This document shows, one piece after another, positions 1 to 13,600 of a stretch of 64,000 nucleotides of DNA (positions are counted from its first letter, which is position 1; every line of letters starts with the position of its first letter). A program made the position numbers and the translations under genes. The notes below the pieces were generated by a model that worked only from the letters and a program-made list of their open reading frames with translations, was not told where the DNA came from and searched no databases. Where the stretch lies: NCBI GenBank assembly GCA_036785375.1, contig JAWMAR010000134.1, forward strand, positions 2,914,001-2,978,000, read 5' to 3'. The DNA is from Leucoraja ocellata. Taxonomy: Eukaryota.

Positions 1-949
1 ATTGGTCTATGAGGAATGTCACACACGGGTCACCCAACTAATTCAGAAGCTGATGTCTTGTGAGGCACCTTTACGGTATGAAGAAAAACATATTTAATTA
101 CTTTATTAAAGTGAAAGGCAGTGTTGCTGGAGCATTCGATAATGGGTTGTTACATTGCTGAGTGATGATGCCCAGCCCCTGGCAATGATGCCGTGTGCTA
201 AATGTGATCAATGAGGACATGCGTACAGCTATTCTTGTAAGGAGGCAGGAGGTGCAGAAATAAATGAGTAAAAATTAACCTCTTATTTTAATACTGGTCC
301 TAAGATATTCACAAATAGCAGTTGAGCTCAGTGTGTTTGGTGCTCCCTTTGGATTTCCATACTGTCAATTTTTGTTGCAGGAATCCAACCACATCTGTAG
401 AATAGGAAATGAGAAATGGGAGGGTGGGGGTGGGGGGGGAGAGAGAGATGGGGAGAATAATGTTCAGGGGCATTTATCTATTCGGCGGGACAGAAGTCCT
501 GGTTAATTGCCCCCTCTGAGGATTAGGTGGAAGTGAGTGGATTTGCCCTAAACTGGTTTATTAATCCATTGATTACAGGGGAAGGGGGGTGGTAACCAAC
601 ACCTTTTCCTGTAGAGTTTATTACTAAATACAATGAAAACATGTTAGTCCCTTCTCCAGGGGAGTTGGGAGGTACAGGCTAATATTTGAGAGTGGATTTG
701 GAGCAAAGGCGGGAGAAGTGAATTGAAGATGAGTGAATTAACCCCTTCACGCACTGGGAGTGATGTAGGCTGACAGACCACCCTAACGTGGACAAGTTAA
801 CCCATTTGGGTGGCTGGATGTTAATTCAACCACAGAATGAAATGGGAGGGGCCAGGACAGCCCCCTCTCCCCCTCCCCCTATACTGGAAAGTTCATCGAT
901 GAACACACAGGCAGGAACCTGATTAACCCATTCGTGCCCTCGAGTGTTT

Positions 950-1338
950 GCTGTTCTAAAAATAAGGCCGGAGTGAGCGGCGCTGCGCAATGAGTGGGTG
1001 GCTATGATTAGCCCCGGCCGGGGGCGGGGAGGGGCGGTCGCCGCGGGCCGCGAACACTTGATTCGGTGCGGGGTTTATATGGACATGGCCTCGGGATTCC
1101 TGGCGATCCTGGGCTCTGACGTGAACTCGGAGCAGCCGTCACTGATTAAAAAGTGCGGCTGGGCTGAGAACGCGATCATTCGGCGAGAGGGAGCCGAGGA
1201 GAACAGCCTTCGGGCGGAGTGGACACTTGGTGTTGGGCAGCGCCCAGAATCTGCAAGAGGCAAACGCGGACTCGCACACGGCTTGCGCACCGACCCCGCA
1301 AAAGTTTTGAGTAAAGTTTCCAGCGCCACATCCCGGCC
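950..1338 (+). promoter_or_regulatory. FLNC CpG-island promoter / 5'UTR
   Basis: CpG-dense ~970-1730. MEF2 consensus CTAAAAATAA at 956-965. GC boxes GGGGCGGGG/GGGGCGG at 1021-1037. AT-rich TATA-like TTTATAT ~1074 and ATTAAAAA ~1145. The TSS cannot be determined. Confidence 0.7.
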
Positions 1339-1687
1339 ATGACTTCCATGGATCATCAACAAGGACTATCCGCCAACGGGCAGGACGACGGCGAGATGCC
1401 GGCAACCGAGAAGGACCTTGCGGAGGACGCGCCCTGGAAGAAGATCCAGCAGAACACCTTCACCCGTTGGTGCAACGAGCACCTCAAGTGTATGAACAAG
1501 CGCATCGGCGACCTGCAGAAGGACCTGGGCGACGGCCTGAGGCTGATCGGGCTCCTCGAGGTCCTCAGCCAGAAGAAGATGTACAGAAAGTACCACTCGC
1601 GGCCCAACTTCCGTCAGATGAAGCTGGAGAACGTCTCGGTGGCCCTGGAGTTCCTGGACAGAGAGAGAATTAAACTAGTCTCTATCG
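1339..1687 (+). CDS. FLNC: FLNC exon 1 (CH1)
   Basis: gccATG; MTSMDHQQ...IKLVSI; donor G|gtaagt. Confidence 0.95.
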
Positions 1688-4600
1688 GTAAGTGCCCCGC
1701 CGTATGATCCCCTTGTCCTCCTCTCGCTAACCCCCCTCTCGCCCAGCCTTCTCAATGGGTCTCGCTTACAGTGGGCGCCTGGGACAGACCCAAGACCACA
1801 CGCTCACCCCGTGGGGAGCAGGGAACCCACACTAAACCCCCTGCCTTCAGCCTACTCCTGGGGCAGTTCCTTCGATACTTTGAGGGACCCACAGCTTCAG
1901 CAGAATAAGGAGAGACATCTCCTCCAGCGGCACAATGGTTTGTAACTGGGGACACAGTTGGGGTGATGAACCAAGTTCACCAGGGTGGTTAAAATGTACT
2001 TTTACGATCTGAGATGGAGTTCGGAAGGACCGGGCAAGCAGCTTATTTTGTTGTAACTTTTGGCAGCGAATGGGATTTGAAGGGAGGGCGTGAACGGATC
2101 TATGGAGGAAATGAGGCAAACTACTTCCAATTTCTGCCTTCCATCCTCGATCGTTCTCTGAATTCCGTAATACACTAAATCTGGACACATTTCTATTTAC
2201 ACAGAATCTTATCATGTCTCATAACGGCTAGTACTGCTGTAGCTAAAATTAGTAATTTGGCAATGAGTGTGTGTGGATAAAGGGACCCATTGCCCTGACC
2301 CAGAAGGTCATCTGATGGTGCTGTGCTGTGAATCAATGGGCATTGTTAAATCCAACAACACTGTTGGAAATATGATTGCATTCTGACCCAGGAGGAGGTT
2401 CAGCCTATTGATTCCACATCAACCAACAGTCCAATTCTACCTCCTTTTCCTAGCCTTGCAAAACACACTTGTTAACGTTATTTTTGCTATTTGCGTATAC
2501 TGAGGAGGGGTAACTCACAGTAGCAACTAATCAGTAGGTGTTTGGGATGTGGGAGCACGGGATGAAACTTATGTTGTTATTGAGGGAATGTGAAAGTCCC
2601 ACACAGATAGCACCTGAGGTCAGAATTGAACTCCAGTCCCAGGAGATGAGACTGTCCCCCCAACCCAAGAGTAGTGGTGATCATGCCCAGTGTTCTGACC
2701 GATATATATATATATATATTTCAACCATCTTCACTGATGCAGGTGATTAAATGATTGATCACGATTAATGATGTTGGAATTGTGTTCCAGATAAACTACT
2801 TGCCGTGTTTCCTGAAATGCAACAAATCACTTCCTCAGTATGGTCGCTGTCAAGTGGTTTGGGCATTATAAGGATGTGAAAGGACCAGTCTTTTTTTGAT
2901 ATTTAGAGTACTTTTGTATGGATAAGGGGACTTCAATAACTCTTATCTTCACCTCAGCATCTCAGACAGTGAGAGTGACCTGGAACATAGTGTTCTGTGG
3001 TTTGTCATTCATTCCCCGACCTCTCTACCACTCCACTACTACCTCGTTGACCAAACATTTTGTCACCTGTCGCATGATGTCAGTTTTTGTCCTATGGAGA
3101 TCCCTGGGGGAACTTTGCTACATTGAAGATGCTACGGCATGCAAGTTGTTGTTGTAGGGCTAGGTTGGTTGGGAAATGTTTTCTGTTTTCCTCCACATTC
3201 TTGTTTCATAGTTACTAGTGGCAGCTGATGAGTCTAAGGGGATTAAGTTGCGAGAAGGGATGATAGGGAGTCCTGGCATGAGTCATATCCTCTTGTACTA
3301 CTGTGAAGTTAGTGGGTGTGCTTGTTACAGTATCTCTGCATAATCTCTCCTACACTAATTGGAAATTACCAATTGGGATGTGAAAGCTTTCATCTGCATG
3401 CTCACATTAGTGATTTTTCTCCTAGTTTAGGATAGAAAAATGTACATATCCTGCAGCCTCACATGAAAGTGATCCTTGCACTTACTCTACATGTATTAAT
3501 CTTTTGGATCAATATTTCAATTTCTGAATTGTGAGTATAAGGGGAGTGGCTCCCAACCTTCAACCCTTTGTCTTGGTTGCTCATTTAATCTTTGTCTGGA
3601 GTTAAAACCGTCTTGGCCCCTGTCCATGAGACGGCAACAAATGATCAGCCATGAACTTACTTGGCCCCTTGAATCAGTTTGATCAGTGAAACAACAAGGT
3701 TCAGTTGGCAGTAATTTGTTTTCTGTCCTTTTTGTTTCCAATTTTCCTTTCATTACCCCCTCCACCCAGACATCCATTCAGGAAGTCATTCCTGTTGGTA
3801 GCTGCCGGGCTCCAGCTGTCTTGCGGTGCTGTGGTTCAACGGGTTGCCCTTCCAGAATATTCCCCACACATTTGCAAAGTCACGCCTGTCCCAAGTCGCT
3901 CTCCTCGCCCCCTTCCCCCACCCTGTGCGGAGCTCGAGCTATATACAGCTGCTCGGGCAGCTGGCAGGAATGTGTCAGTGATAACCTTGGCGTCTGACAG
4001 CTTGCCATGTTCCGGCTGTCCCCCAGCGCTGCTCCTTGCAAGAGCCTGCCTGCCTGTAGGGTTTGCATGACTGTGAAATACCCAAGGGCCCGGCCCGCCC
4101 CACCCGTATTGAAGCAGCTTTAGTGTGAAATGGGAGACTTTAGAGGGTTACAGACACCTGCATGGGCAACTGCATCAGGAGCGTCAATTAAGTTGTTAAA
4201 TGTCAAAAAGGCTAAATTAGCTGGCATAACCAGGTCCAGACAACAACCTGCCTGTGGACCTGAAGAAGGGTCTTGACCCAAAACGTCGCCCATTCCTTCT
4301 CTCCAGAGATGCTGCCTGTCCTGCTGAGTTAATCCAGATTTTTGTGTCTATCTGTGGATTTGTACTCCTTCATTGCCAATGGTTTTGGTGCCAGTAGTGG
4401 CTGAGCTGTAGCCTGGTCCTGTGGTGACTGGCCCCATCCCAGAGTGTTGCGGTTTCCTGTGGTTCCTGGCTGTTGCACTTCCCCTGGCTCTTTCCCTTTA
4501 GTGTCTGTTTTAATTCCAGCTAGGTGTTCCCTTCCTCCCTGAGATTTTAATCCTTCTGTACCTCCTTGTGCCTCCCACATCATTTCAACACCATGCCTAA

Positions 4601-7600
4601 AATTCTTTCCATTCAGTCTAATTAATTTTGTTTTGTTGAAAATGAGAAACCTCCTCCATTTGCTGTCTGACATTCACCTTTCTCCAGAATCACTGTTGCT
4701 ATTCACCTCATGGCTGAACAAGCTCAATTTCTATACTTCTGTTGCTAGTGCATGTGCTTAAGTTCCTGTTGTTGCTTTGTTGCACACAATTGATGTTGAT
4801 TATTCCTGACCACTGGAGGTTTGCATCCTTATCCCGGGTTTGAACAGTGAAGTAAGAGAACATGTCGGGAATGGTCAGTAGGTTGGGCAACACCTTGGGA
4901 AAGAAAACTGGACTTGCTGTGATTATATGCAGACCGTTCATTCAGAATGGGCGGCATGGTGGCGCAGCAGTAGAGTTGCTGCCTTACAGCGCCAGAGACC
5001 CAGGTTCGATCCGTGTGCTGTCTGTACGGAGTTTGTACGTTCCCCATGTGACCTGCGTGGGTTTTCTCTGGATGCTGCGGTGTCCTCCCAAACTCCAAAA
5101 ATGCACGGGTTTGTAGGCTAATTATCATGGTGTGTGTAGGATAGTGTTAGTATGTGAGAATCGCTGATCAGTGGACTCGGTGGGCTGAAGGGCCCGTTTC
5201 TGTGCAGTATCTCTAATCTATACTAATGTTCCTGGCAAAGAAGAACATGTATGTTTTGAAAGGGAAGTGGTGTAAACTTGCACGAGTGATAAAAACTGAA
5301 CTGTAAAATCTGCTTTGAATATTAGAAGAGATTAAGGTCAGTGAAGGCAAATGTAGGTGTTCTGCTGTCAGAAATGGGGGAGTTGTATTTGGAACAAAGT
5401 AGAAGAACAATTAACTGCATTCTTTGGTTCTATCTTCACACAGGCCACGGATAACATCCCAGATGGGTGAGAGAACCAAGGCCCTAGAGGGAGTTGGACA
5501 CTGCCTGTATTTGTTAGGAAATACCTCTGTTTAATTTCAGTTGCACTAAAAGATGATAGATTACCAGGCCCTGATAATCTGCATACCAGAGTACTAAAGG
5601 AAATGGCCCTGGAAATAGTGGTCATCATCTAAAATTCTTTATACTGGAGCAATTGCTGCAGACTGGAGGTCTTTTTAAAAGAAAGGAAATGCAGTGGAAA
5701 AATAGGGAATTACAGACCAGTAAAAGTAATTGCCAGTTGAGAGAGTGCTGGCATCAGTTACAACAGCAGAATACTTGGAAAACTTTAACAAGATTGGACA
5801 TAGTTGGCAAGGATTTATGAAGGCGAAATCATGCTTAACAAATTTAATGGAATTTTGTATGAGAATTTAGTTTGCAGATTAGTTAAGGTAGGACCGGTAG
5901 TGGTCTATTTCATTTTTTTAAAAGGCTTTTGATAAAATAATAAGATTAGTGTACAAATTTAAAGTGCATGGGATTGAGGTTAATAGTCTGACAAAGATTG
6001 AGAGTTTGTCAGGAAATGGAGCTTGAATAAACATGGGCAATAACTAGTGGAGAACCACAGGGATTTGCTGTTTGGATCTTAATGTAACTCAATGACTTTA
6101 GATGAGAGATGTTGCGTTTAGTTGCCTCAAGTCTATGTAAGATTGGGGGAGATGGGGTGACTGAGTAGCAGGCAAAAAGGGCTCCACTGTGACTTGGACT
6201 AGTTCTGTGAGTGGGCAAATGTTTGGCAGATACAGTTTGACATTATCTATTTTGGTTCCCAAAAAAATGAATAGAGATTATTACCGCAATGGTGATAGAT
6301 TGGATGAAACTGGAAGGTGCAATATGAACTGTCATACCAGTTGCTGAAAATAAGTAACCAGGAAGCCAAGTGGTACATTTACATCAGTACAGGAGCAGAG
6401 ATGTCAAGCGACAGCTACCCTGGGCTTGGAGACCATATCTGGTGTTTAGTGTGTGGCTTGGAAATGGTGAGGGAGTGCAACCAAGTTTTACTAAACTGAT
6501 TGCTGGAATGGTATCTCTCATTTGACGGGAACAATGCAGTTGATCGTATGCAATCCAGGGTGGTGAACCTGCAGAAATTCTCTGCCACAGTAAGCAGTGG
6601 AGATCAAATTATTAAATGGTTAATGAAGTGAATGGTTGACTACAATTACTTTTACAAAAAGGCCAAATGTCCAATGTCTGCTTGTATTCTTTATGCTTCT
6701 GTTGGTGTTAATTAGACTCGGTTTGTACTCGCTAGAATTTAGAAGATTGAGGGGGGATCTTATAGAAACTTAAAAAAATTCTTAAGGGGTTGGACAGGCT
6801 AGATGCAGGAAGATTGTTCCCGATGTTGGGGAAGTCCAGAACAAGGGGTCACAGTTTAAGGATAAGGGGGAAATCGAGATGAGGAAAACTTTTTTCACAC
6901 AGAGAGTGGTGAATCTCTGGAATTCTCTCCCGCAGAAGGTAGTTGAGGCCAGTTAATTGGCTATATTTAAGAGGGAGTTAGATGTGGCCCTTGTGGCTAA
7001 AGGGATCAGGGGGTATGGAGAGAAGGCAGGTACAGGATACTGAGTTGGATGATCAGCCATGATCATATTGAATGGCGGTGCAGGCTCGAAGGGCCGAATG
7101 GCCTACTCCTGCACCTAATTTCTATGTTTCTAATTGTCATTCACTCTGTATAGTGACCACCTCTGTACATGTGATCCATTTTACCATGGGGTTCCCATAT
7201 AACTCTGGTCTTAGCTGCCTCTTGAGACTGACTTGCTGGCAGCAAGGAGCCAGCGACAGCCAACTGTGGAGAGGATTAGTGACTTTATGTGAAACTTTTT
7301 CGAATTGAGATGGACGTGGTTGTTACTTGTGAAGTTATTTTGGAGGAATTGGTAGATGTGAGATTCATGGAGGGTGGGGGGGGGGGGGGGGGGGTTGGTA
7401 GGTAACAAAAAGGCAACGGAGAGAGTGGTGTGCAGTTATTTGAATGATACCAAGAAAAACAAAAGAGTGAGCATGCCTAGGGTCTCCTTGTCTTGATGGG
7501 GAAAGACTGAAAAGTGATGTGATAGAACTTTATTTATCCCAGGAGGGAAATTGGTCTGCCAACAATCATAACACACAAGATCCATGAAACTTGGAATTAA

Positions 7601-10600
7601 AGTGACAAGCGGAAAGGATTGAGGATATGCAAAGATTGGAGAGGGGGAGTGGGGAGAGTTGGTCTACCCCATGGTGGAGGGGGAGGAGTTGTACAGTTTG
7701 ATAGCTCCAGAGAAAAAAAGATGGCCTGTGGTGTTCTGTGCTGCATCTTGGTGGCATCAGTATGTATCTGAAGGTGCTCCTCGGGTTGACCAGTGTGTCA
7801 TGGAGGAGGAGAGCTGTATTGTCCAAGATGCTCGATCCATACTTGGATTTAGATACTGGCTTCCCATCTCTGAGCAATATTGCCCTAATCATGTCGAAGG
7901 TAGACACAAATTGCCGGAGTAACTCAGCGGGTCAGGCAGTATCTTTGGAGAGAAGTAATGCTTGAAGTTTTCGGTCGAGACCTTTCTTCAGACTTTCATT
8001 TCTTTGTAATTAGCTTGTGTTTTGGACAGTTGTTTCAGTGGATGTTGGGAGAAGTGGAAATAATGTTGTTCAGAGTGTTCTTCTCTCAAAAGACGAGGAG
8101 TGGTCTTTGAGGAAACAAGAAATGGCAGTGTTAGTCTGGGTTCCGAATATGAGTAGAGGTGTTGTTTGATGGGTGCCTTTTGTTATTAAACGGGTTTTAT
8201 TTCTGCTTGGTGAGTTCATCTAATAAATTGAAGCAGGCCACCTTTGACCTATGGGATGTGCATCCTGCGTCGTATGGAAACTCCGGGACAATTCCTGTGT
8301 TTTGGACAAACACGGGTGCTGGGAGTGTTGTCAGCTGGGAGCGCTTGAGGTCTGGGGGTTTGGACCTTGAATGACTGCTAACGTTGCTGGAGTCCGTTTG
8401 AGTGTTTGTGGCTAGCACATTGTAGAGAATGATCATCCCACAGCTTGAGGGACTGGATGATTGCCAGACTCCTCAAACTCAAACCTGGCTAGCAGTTCTG
8501 GAGAAACCCAAGGGATATGCTCTCTAATCAGTGTTTGTTTCTGAGAACTGACAGGGTGAGGCTTCCCCTCTAGTGCAGACGGTCAATGTCATGACCTCAT
8601 GGGACAGTTGACTCTGCGGAGAGGAGAGCGGCAGTAATAGGGGATTTCACTGGGCAGCGCTTCCATACTTGTAGATGTGATTCCAGGATGGAATATTGCC
8701 ACTCTGGTGCCAGGGCTAGAATAACAATGAGTGGCTGCTGGAAAAAATGGGAGGCTGAGTAGCCAAGGGATGTGTTCCATATTTGTACCAAACTCTGAAA
8801 ATAAATCTTTTCACCCAGATAGTTGTGAATCTGTGGAATTCTCTGTCACAGAAGGCAGTGGAGGCTAATTCACTGTATGTTTTCAAGAGAGAGTTAGATA
8901 TAGTTCTTGGGATGGACGGAATCAAGGGATATGGGGAGAAAGCAGTATGATCATATTGAATGGCAGTGCTGGCTCAAAGGGCTGAATGGCCTACTCCTGC
9001 ACCTATTTTCTATATTTCTATGTAGGATTGAGTACAGAATCGAGCAGGTAGATTTTGAAGAAAACAGTGCTTTTGGTGCCAACCACCGGGTTTACAAGTG
9101 ATTTACGGAGGTTTGAAGCCATCTTGTCAGGAGGATATGAGATTAAATGTAGGTTTGGAAGGAAGAGAAGGAGGGGGGAATAGAATGGAAAGATGTAGAT
9201 GGTTTAGTTAATTGGTTATTGCCAACGAAGTTTGATCCAGAAAAGTGAGGTAATGCATTTGGAGCAGGGGAGAGAATTCCCAATAAACAGGAGAAAATTG
9301 AGAAATATGGCTGCAGATACTTTAAGGTAGTGGTTAAAAAAGCCATATGGGATTATTTTATTAACTAAGACTGAATCTAAGAGCAGAGGGGTGAAGCCAA
9401 AACTGTATGCAACACTAGCTAGACCACAACCTGAATACTGCATACAGTTCTGGTCATCACATTTACAGTAAGGAGCTGCTTGAACTGGAGAGGGTACAGA
9501 GGCGATTTTAAGTAGTTGCGAGGACTGGGTAATTTTTGCTATGAAATAAAATTGAACATACAACGGTTGACTTATTTGGAGCTGAGAAGACTGGTGGGGG
9601 TCTTGTGTGTGGTTTATAAAAGAGAGTTAATAGGAAAAGCATATTTCCCTTGGTGATGAGATTAAAAACCAGGGACAAAGATTGAATTTCATCAATAAAA
9701 AAGATTAAAAGGAGCATAATTATTTTTTAAATTGGGGTTGGTAAATATCTTGTTGCATTGCCTAAGTAGTTCTATGGACATAGGCTGGTTAATGGGATTA
9801 TAGACGTTGTCATGCAGCATGGAAACCAAATGCAAACCAAGCCAACCTCATCAATGCTCTTGTTACTGTAAATTAGCCACAGATTCATTTTTAATATGTT
9901 TACCCTTGGGTTTCTCCAGAACTACAAGCCATTTTTAACATGTTTACGTTCCATTTCTTTGTTCATACTTCAATTGGCAACTTTCAATTAGATCCAAGGT
10001 TATTTGAGGATGTTCCACACTGCAGATGCCAAACTCACTGAGTTGAATAAACAGATACACAGCATGAAATCAGAACTAGATTAAAAACACAGGCATCAAT
10101 AGTGATGCATTGCATCCCTGCTGGTCAAGAAGGGTCCACCCAGAGTAATCTGGGTCAGTGTGTGTTTCCATCTGATTCTTTTCAGGTTAAAGGCCATGTA
10201 CTGTGTTGCTGTTTGTTCAACCCAGTGAGTTTAATGTCATCGATGTGGAACCTCCTTGGATAATCTGGCATGTAACTGATTGGCAACAGAATTATGGGTT
10301 AATGAATGGAAGGCAAATGCTTTATAGACAATAGGTGCAAGAGTAGGCCATTCGGCCCTTCGAGCCAGAACCACCATTCAATGTGATCATGGCTGATCAT
10401 CCACAATCGGTACCCTGTTTCTGCCTTCTCACCATTTCCCCTGACTCTGCTATCTTTAAGAGCCCTATCAAGCTCTCTCTTGAAAGTATCCAGAGAACTG
10501 GCCTCCACCGCTCTCTGAGGCAGAGAATTACACAGACTCACAACTCTCTGTGTGTAAAAGTGTTTCCTCATCTACTTGGCTCTTTCCAACATCGGGAACA

Positions 10601-13600
10601 CGTTTCCTGCCTCTAGCATGTTCAAACCCTTAATCATATATGTTTCAATAAGATACCCTCTCATCCTTCTAAATTCCAGTGAATACAAGCCCAGTCGCTC
10701 CATTCTCTCAGCATATGACAGTCCCGCCATCCCGGGGATTAACCGTGTGAATCTACACTGTACTCCCTCAATAGCAAGAATGTCCTTCCTCAAATTAGGG
10801 GACCAAAACTCTACACAATACTCCAGGTGTGGTCTCACTAGGGTCCCGTACAACTGCAGAAGGACCTCTTTGCTCCTATACTCAACTCTTCTTGTTATGA
10901 AGGCCAACATGTCATTCGCTTTCTTCGCTGCCTGCTGTACGTGCATGCTTACTTTCCTTGACTGATGAGCAAGGACCCCCAGATCCCGTTGTACTTCCCC
11001 TTTTCCCAACCTGACACTATTTAGATAATAATCTGCCTTCCTGTTTTTACTACCAAAGTGGATAACCTCACATTTATCCACATTAAACTGCATCTGCCCA
11101 CTCACCCAACCTGTCCAAGTCACCTTGCATTCTCATAGCATTTTCCTCACAGTTCACACTGCCACACAGCTTTGTGTCATCTGCAAATTTGCTAATGTTA
11201 CTTTGAATCCCATCATCTAAATCATTGATGTATATTGTAAATAGCTGCAGTCCCAGCACCAATCCTTCCGGTACCCCACTCGTCACTACCTGCCATTCTG
11301 AAAGGGACCCGTTAATCCCTACTCTTTGTTTCCTGTCTGCCAACCAATTTTCTATCCATGTCAGCACTCTACCCACAATACCATGTGCCCTAATTTTGCC
11401 CACTAATCTCCTATGTAGGACCTTATCAAATGCTTTCTGAAAGTCCAGGTACACTACATCCACTGGCTCTCCCTTGTCCATTTTCCTAGTTACATCCTCA
11501 AAAAAGTCTAGAAGATTAGTCAAGCATGCTTTCCCCTTCATAAATCCATGCTAACTCGGACCGATCCTGTTACTGCTATCCAAATGTGCCGCTATTTCAT
11601 CTTTTATGATTGACTCCAGCATCTTCCCCCACTGATGTCAGGCTAGCTGGTCTATAATTCCCTGTTTTCTCTCTCCCGCCTTTCTTAAAAGATGGGATAA
11701 CATTAGCTACCCTCCAATCCACAGGAACTGATCCTTAATCTATCGAACATTGGAAAATGATCACCAATGCGTCCATGATTTCTAGAGCCACTTCCTTAAG
11801 GACTCTGACATGCAAACCATCAGGCCCTGGGGATTTATTAGCCTTCAGTCCCATCAGTCTAACCAACACCATTTCCTGCCTAATGTGGATTTCCTTCAGT
11901 TCCTCCGTCGCCCCAGATCCCCTGACCACTAGTACATCAGGAAGGTTGTTTGTGTCCTCCTTGGTGAAGATTGATCCAAAGTACCTGTTCAACTCATCTG
12001 CCATTTCTTTGTTCCCCATAATAAATTCACCTTTTTCAGTCTTCAAGGGTCCAACTTTGGTCTTAACTAATTTTTTCCTCTTCACATACCTAAAGAAGCT
12101 TTTACTCTCCTCCTTTATATTCATGCCTAGCTTACCTCATCTTTTCTCCCCGTATTGCCTTTTTAGTTCTCTTCTGTTGCTCTTTAAACATTATCCAATC
12201 CTCTTGCTTCCAGCTCATCTTTGCTGCATTGTACTTTTACTCTTCTTTTTTTATACTGTCCCTGACTTTCCTTGTCAGCCACGGTCGCCCCTTACTGCCC
12301 TTGTAATCTTTCTTCCTCTTTGGAATGACTGATCCTGCACTTTCTGTATTATTCCCAGAAATACCTGCCATTGTGTTCCACTGTCACCCCTGCTAGGGTA
12401 TCTTTCCAGTCAACTTTGGCCAGCTCTTCCCTCATGGCTCCTTAGTCCCTTTTGTTCAACTGTAACACTGACACCTCTGATTTACCCTTTTCCCTCTCAA
12501 TTGTAGATTAAAATTAACATATTATGGTCACTACCTCCTAATGGCTCCTTAACCTCAAGATCCCTTATCAAATCTTGTTCATTACACAACACTAAATCCT
12601 GAATTGCCTTCTCCCTGGTAGGCTCCAGTACAAGCTGCTCTAACAATCCATCATGGAGGCACTTCACAAATAGATTTCGTGGGGTCCAGTACCAACCTGA
12701 TTTTCCCAGTCTACCTGCATGTTGAAATGATTTTGTGGCTAATTTGAAGTATTGAGGGTCGTATGGTTTGCATGTTTTTTTTTTCAAAAGGCAATCAACA
12801 AAATAACCACTGCTGAGCAAAGCTGAAGAAACGGCAGCAGTGTGAATAGTAAAGCAGTGTAGCCTGATTAGTGTTTTTCTGGAGCATCGAGAAGTCTAGA
12901 ATGGTGATATCGATGTTAATATAAGAGTTGCTTTAATGATGACATCTCTAGAGTTCATCATTTTAAAGTTTGCAAATGCAACAAAACACCAAGCAATCAA
13001 CAGTAAAGACTAGAAATGGGTAAATGTGGGGCAGATTATATTTATGCATTGAAGTGGTACGTTTTGGAGTACAGATTTCATGAGCTAAATGATCACATTT
13101 TATGGAACTTTAATTTTGAATGCATATATACTCAACAAAGGTAAAATGTGAGATAGAGGGGAATTTGTTTGTGTAATAAATGGAATGCAATATATTAGAT
13201 TTTTTTTTAATTTAAAGTTTATTAAACATATATGCTCTCTGGATTAGTGGGTGGTGTTACACCCATTATTAGATGGCAGAGTTTTGATGAGGGGTATAAA
13301 GGGGGTTTAGTACACTTTCCTATGACGAGGAATCTTGTATGGAAAGAATCAAAGCTGAGAACTGGAGCAGAGGATTAAGGACGATTTAATGCAGGTTTTC
13401 AAAATCAGGGAAGGCTTTTCCGGGGGCAGGGTAGAATATAGTATAGTGTAGAGACACAGTCTGGAAACAGGCTCTTGAGCCTCCCGAATCTGTGCCAACC
13501 AACGATCACACGTACATTAGTTCTATTCTACACATTAGTGGCAATTTACAGAAGCCAATTGACCTACAAACCTGCATGTCTCTGGAGATGTGGGAGGAAA

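Noticed and set aside
998-1342. 114-aa upstream ORF and antisense ORFs over the CpG island
   Set aside because: GTG start in GC-rich promoter sequence with no recognisable domain; expected by chance.
4949-5020. tRNA-like A/B boxes (also ~13670-13727 and ~62030-62090)
   Set aside because: These are SINE heads followed by a V-domain and LINE-derived tail; there is no full cloverleaf.
10572-12124. RT-like ORFs as a possible domesticated gene
   Set aside because: Frameshifted, 5'-truncated CR1 ORF2 with a normal LINE 3' tail; no intact product.
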